Shown here piece after piece: positions 63,092 through 64,000 of a stretch of DNA of 64,000 nucleotides. The position numbers and the translations under genes are program-made. Below the pieces are notes generated by a model. The model saw nothing but the letters and a program-made list of their open reading frames with translations, was not told the origin of the DNA and did not search any database. How positions within the stretch are numbered: the first letter of the stretch is position 1; every line of letters begins with the position of its first letter. Origin of the DNA: Octopus sinensis (taxonomy: Eukaryota); the NCBI RefSeq assembly GCF_006345805.1, contig NC_043001.1:128216001-128280000 (forward strand), in the 5' to 3' direction.

Positions 63092-64000
63092 TATTTAGAG
63101 TGTGTGGTAGAATAATTAAGGCATTTAGAGTATGTGGTAGAATAATTAAGGTATTTAGAGTGTGTGGTAGAACAATTAAAGTATTTAGAGTGTGTGGTAG
63201 AATAATTAAGGTATTTAGCATGTGTGGTAGAATAATTAAGGTATTTAGAGTGTGTGGTAGAATAATTAAGGTATTTAACGTGTGTGGTAGAAGAGTGTGT
63301 AGTAGAATAATTAAGGTATTTAGCATGTGTGGTAGAATAATTAAGGTATTTAGAGTGTGTGGTAGAATAATTAAGATATTTAACATGTGTGGTAGAAGAG
63401 TGTGTGGTAGAATAATTAAGGTATTTAGAGTGTGTGGTAGAATAATTAAGGTATTTAACGTGTGTGGTAGAATAATTAAGGTATTTAACGTGTGTGGTAG
63501 AAGAGTGTGTAGTAGAATAATTAAGGTATTTAGAGTGTGTGGTAGAATAATTAAGGCATTTAGAGAGTGTGGTAGAATAATTAAGGTATTTAGAGTATGT
63601 GGTAGAATAATTAAGGCATTTAGAGAGTGTGGTAGAATAATTAAGGTATTTAGAGTGTGTGGTAGAATAATTAAGGTACTTAGAGTGTGTGGTAGAATAA
63701 TTAAGGCATTTAGAGAGTGTGGTAGAATAATTAAGGTATTTAGAGTGTGTGGTAGAATAATTAAGGTATTTAGAGTATGTGGTAGAATAATTAAGGTATT
63801 TAGAGTATGTGGTAGAATAATTAAGGTATTTAGAGTATGTGGTAGAATAATTAAAGTATTTAGCATGTGTGGTAGAATAATTAAGGTATTTAGAGTATGT
63901 GGTAGAATAATTAAGGTATTTAGCATGTGTGGTAGAATGATTAAGGTATTTAGCATGTGTGGTAGAATAATTAAGGTATTTAGAGTATGTGGTAGAATAA
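63092..64000. repeat. 30-bp minisatellite (gtggtagaataattaaggtatttagagtgt), running off the window
   Basis: About 30 copies; the LNTLIILPHT periodic ORF reflects the unit. Confidence 0.97.

Noticed and set aside
63045-63956. 303-aa LNTLIILPHT repeat ORF
   Set aside because: Product of a 30-bp minisatellite.

Overview
Eukaryotic, AT-rich, repeat-dense DNA. The SINE, RTE and microsatellite content looks like an octopus (coleoid cephalopod) genome; this assignment is inference. One host gene is well supported: a complete 4-exon PPIL1 (spliceosomal cyclophilin, 167 aa) on the + strand, CDS 4986-13071. The rest is a transposon graveyard: RTE, CR1-like, restriction-like-endonuclease and Penelope-like retroelement remnants, three Tc1/mariner-superfamily fossils, piggyBac-type MITEs, two non-autonomous Helitrons, several modular tRNA-derived SINE families, a 9.75-kb 39-bp satellite (35003-44754) and a 30-bp minisatellite at the right edge. 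Most listed ORFs are repeat artefacts. Three signals stand out. (1) A head-to-tail train of RT-less, ORF1/gag-only retroelements (22.2-26.9 kb), separated by a recurrent target-like motif and ending in a covarying CUUGU stem-loop that an abundant SINE also carries. (2) A pair of variant (G3-C8) minimal hammerhead-ribozyme motifs forming a 136-bp inverted repeat in PPIL1 intron 3, with other hammerhead variants elsewhere. (3) A 12-bp direct repeat bracketing the large satellite. Repeat boundaries are read by eye and approximate unless a TSD or TIR is quoted.
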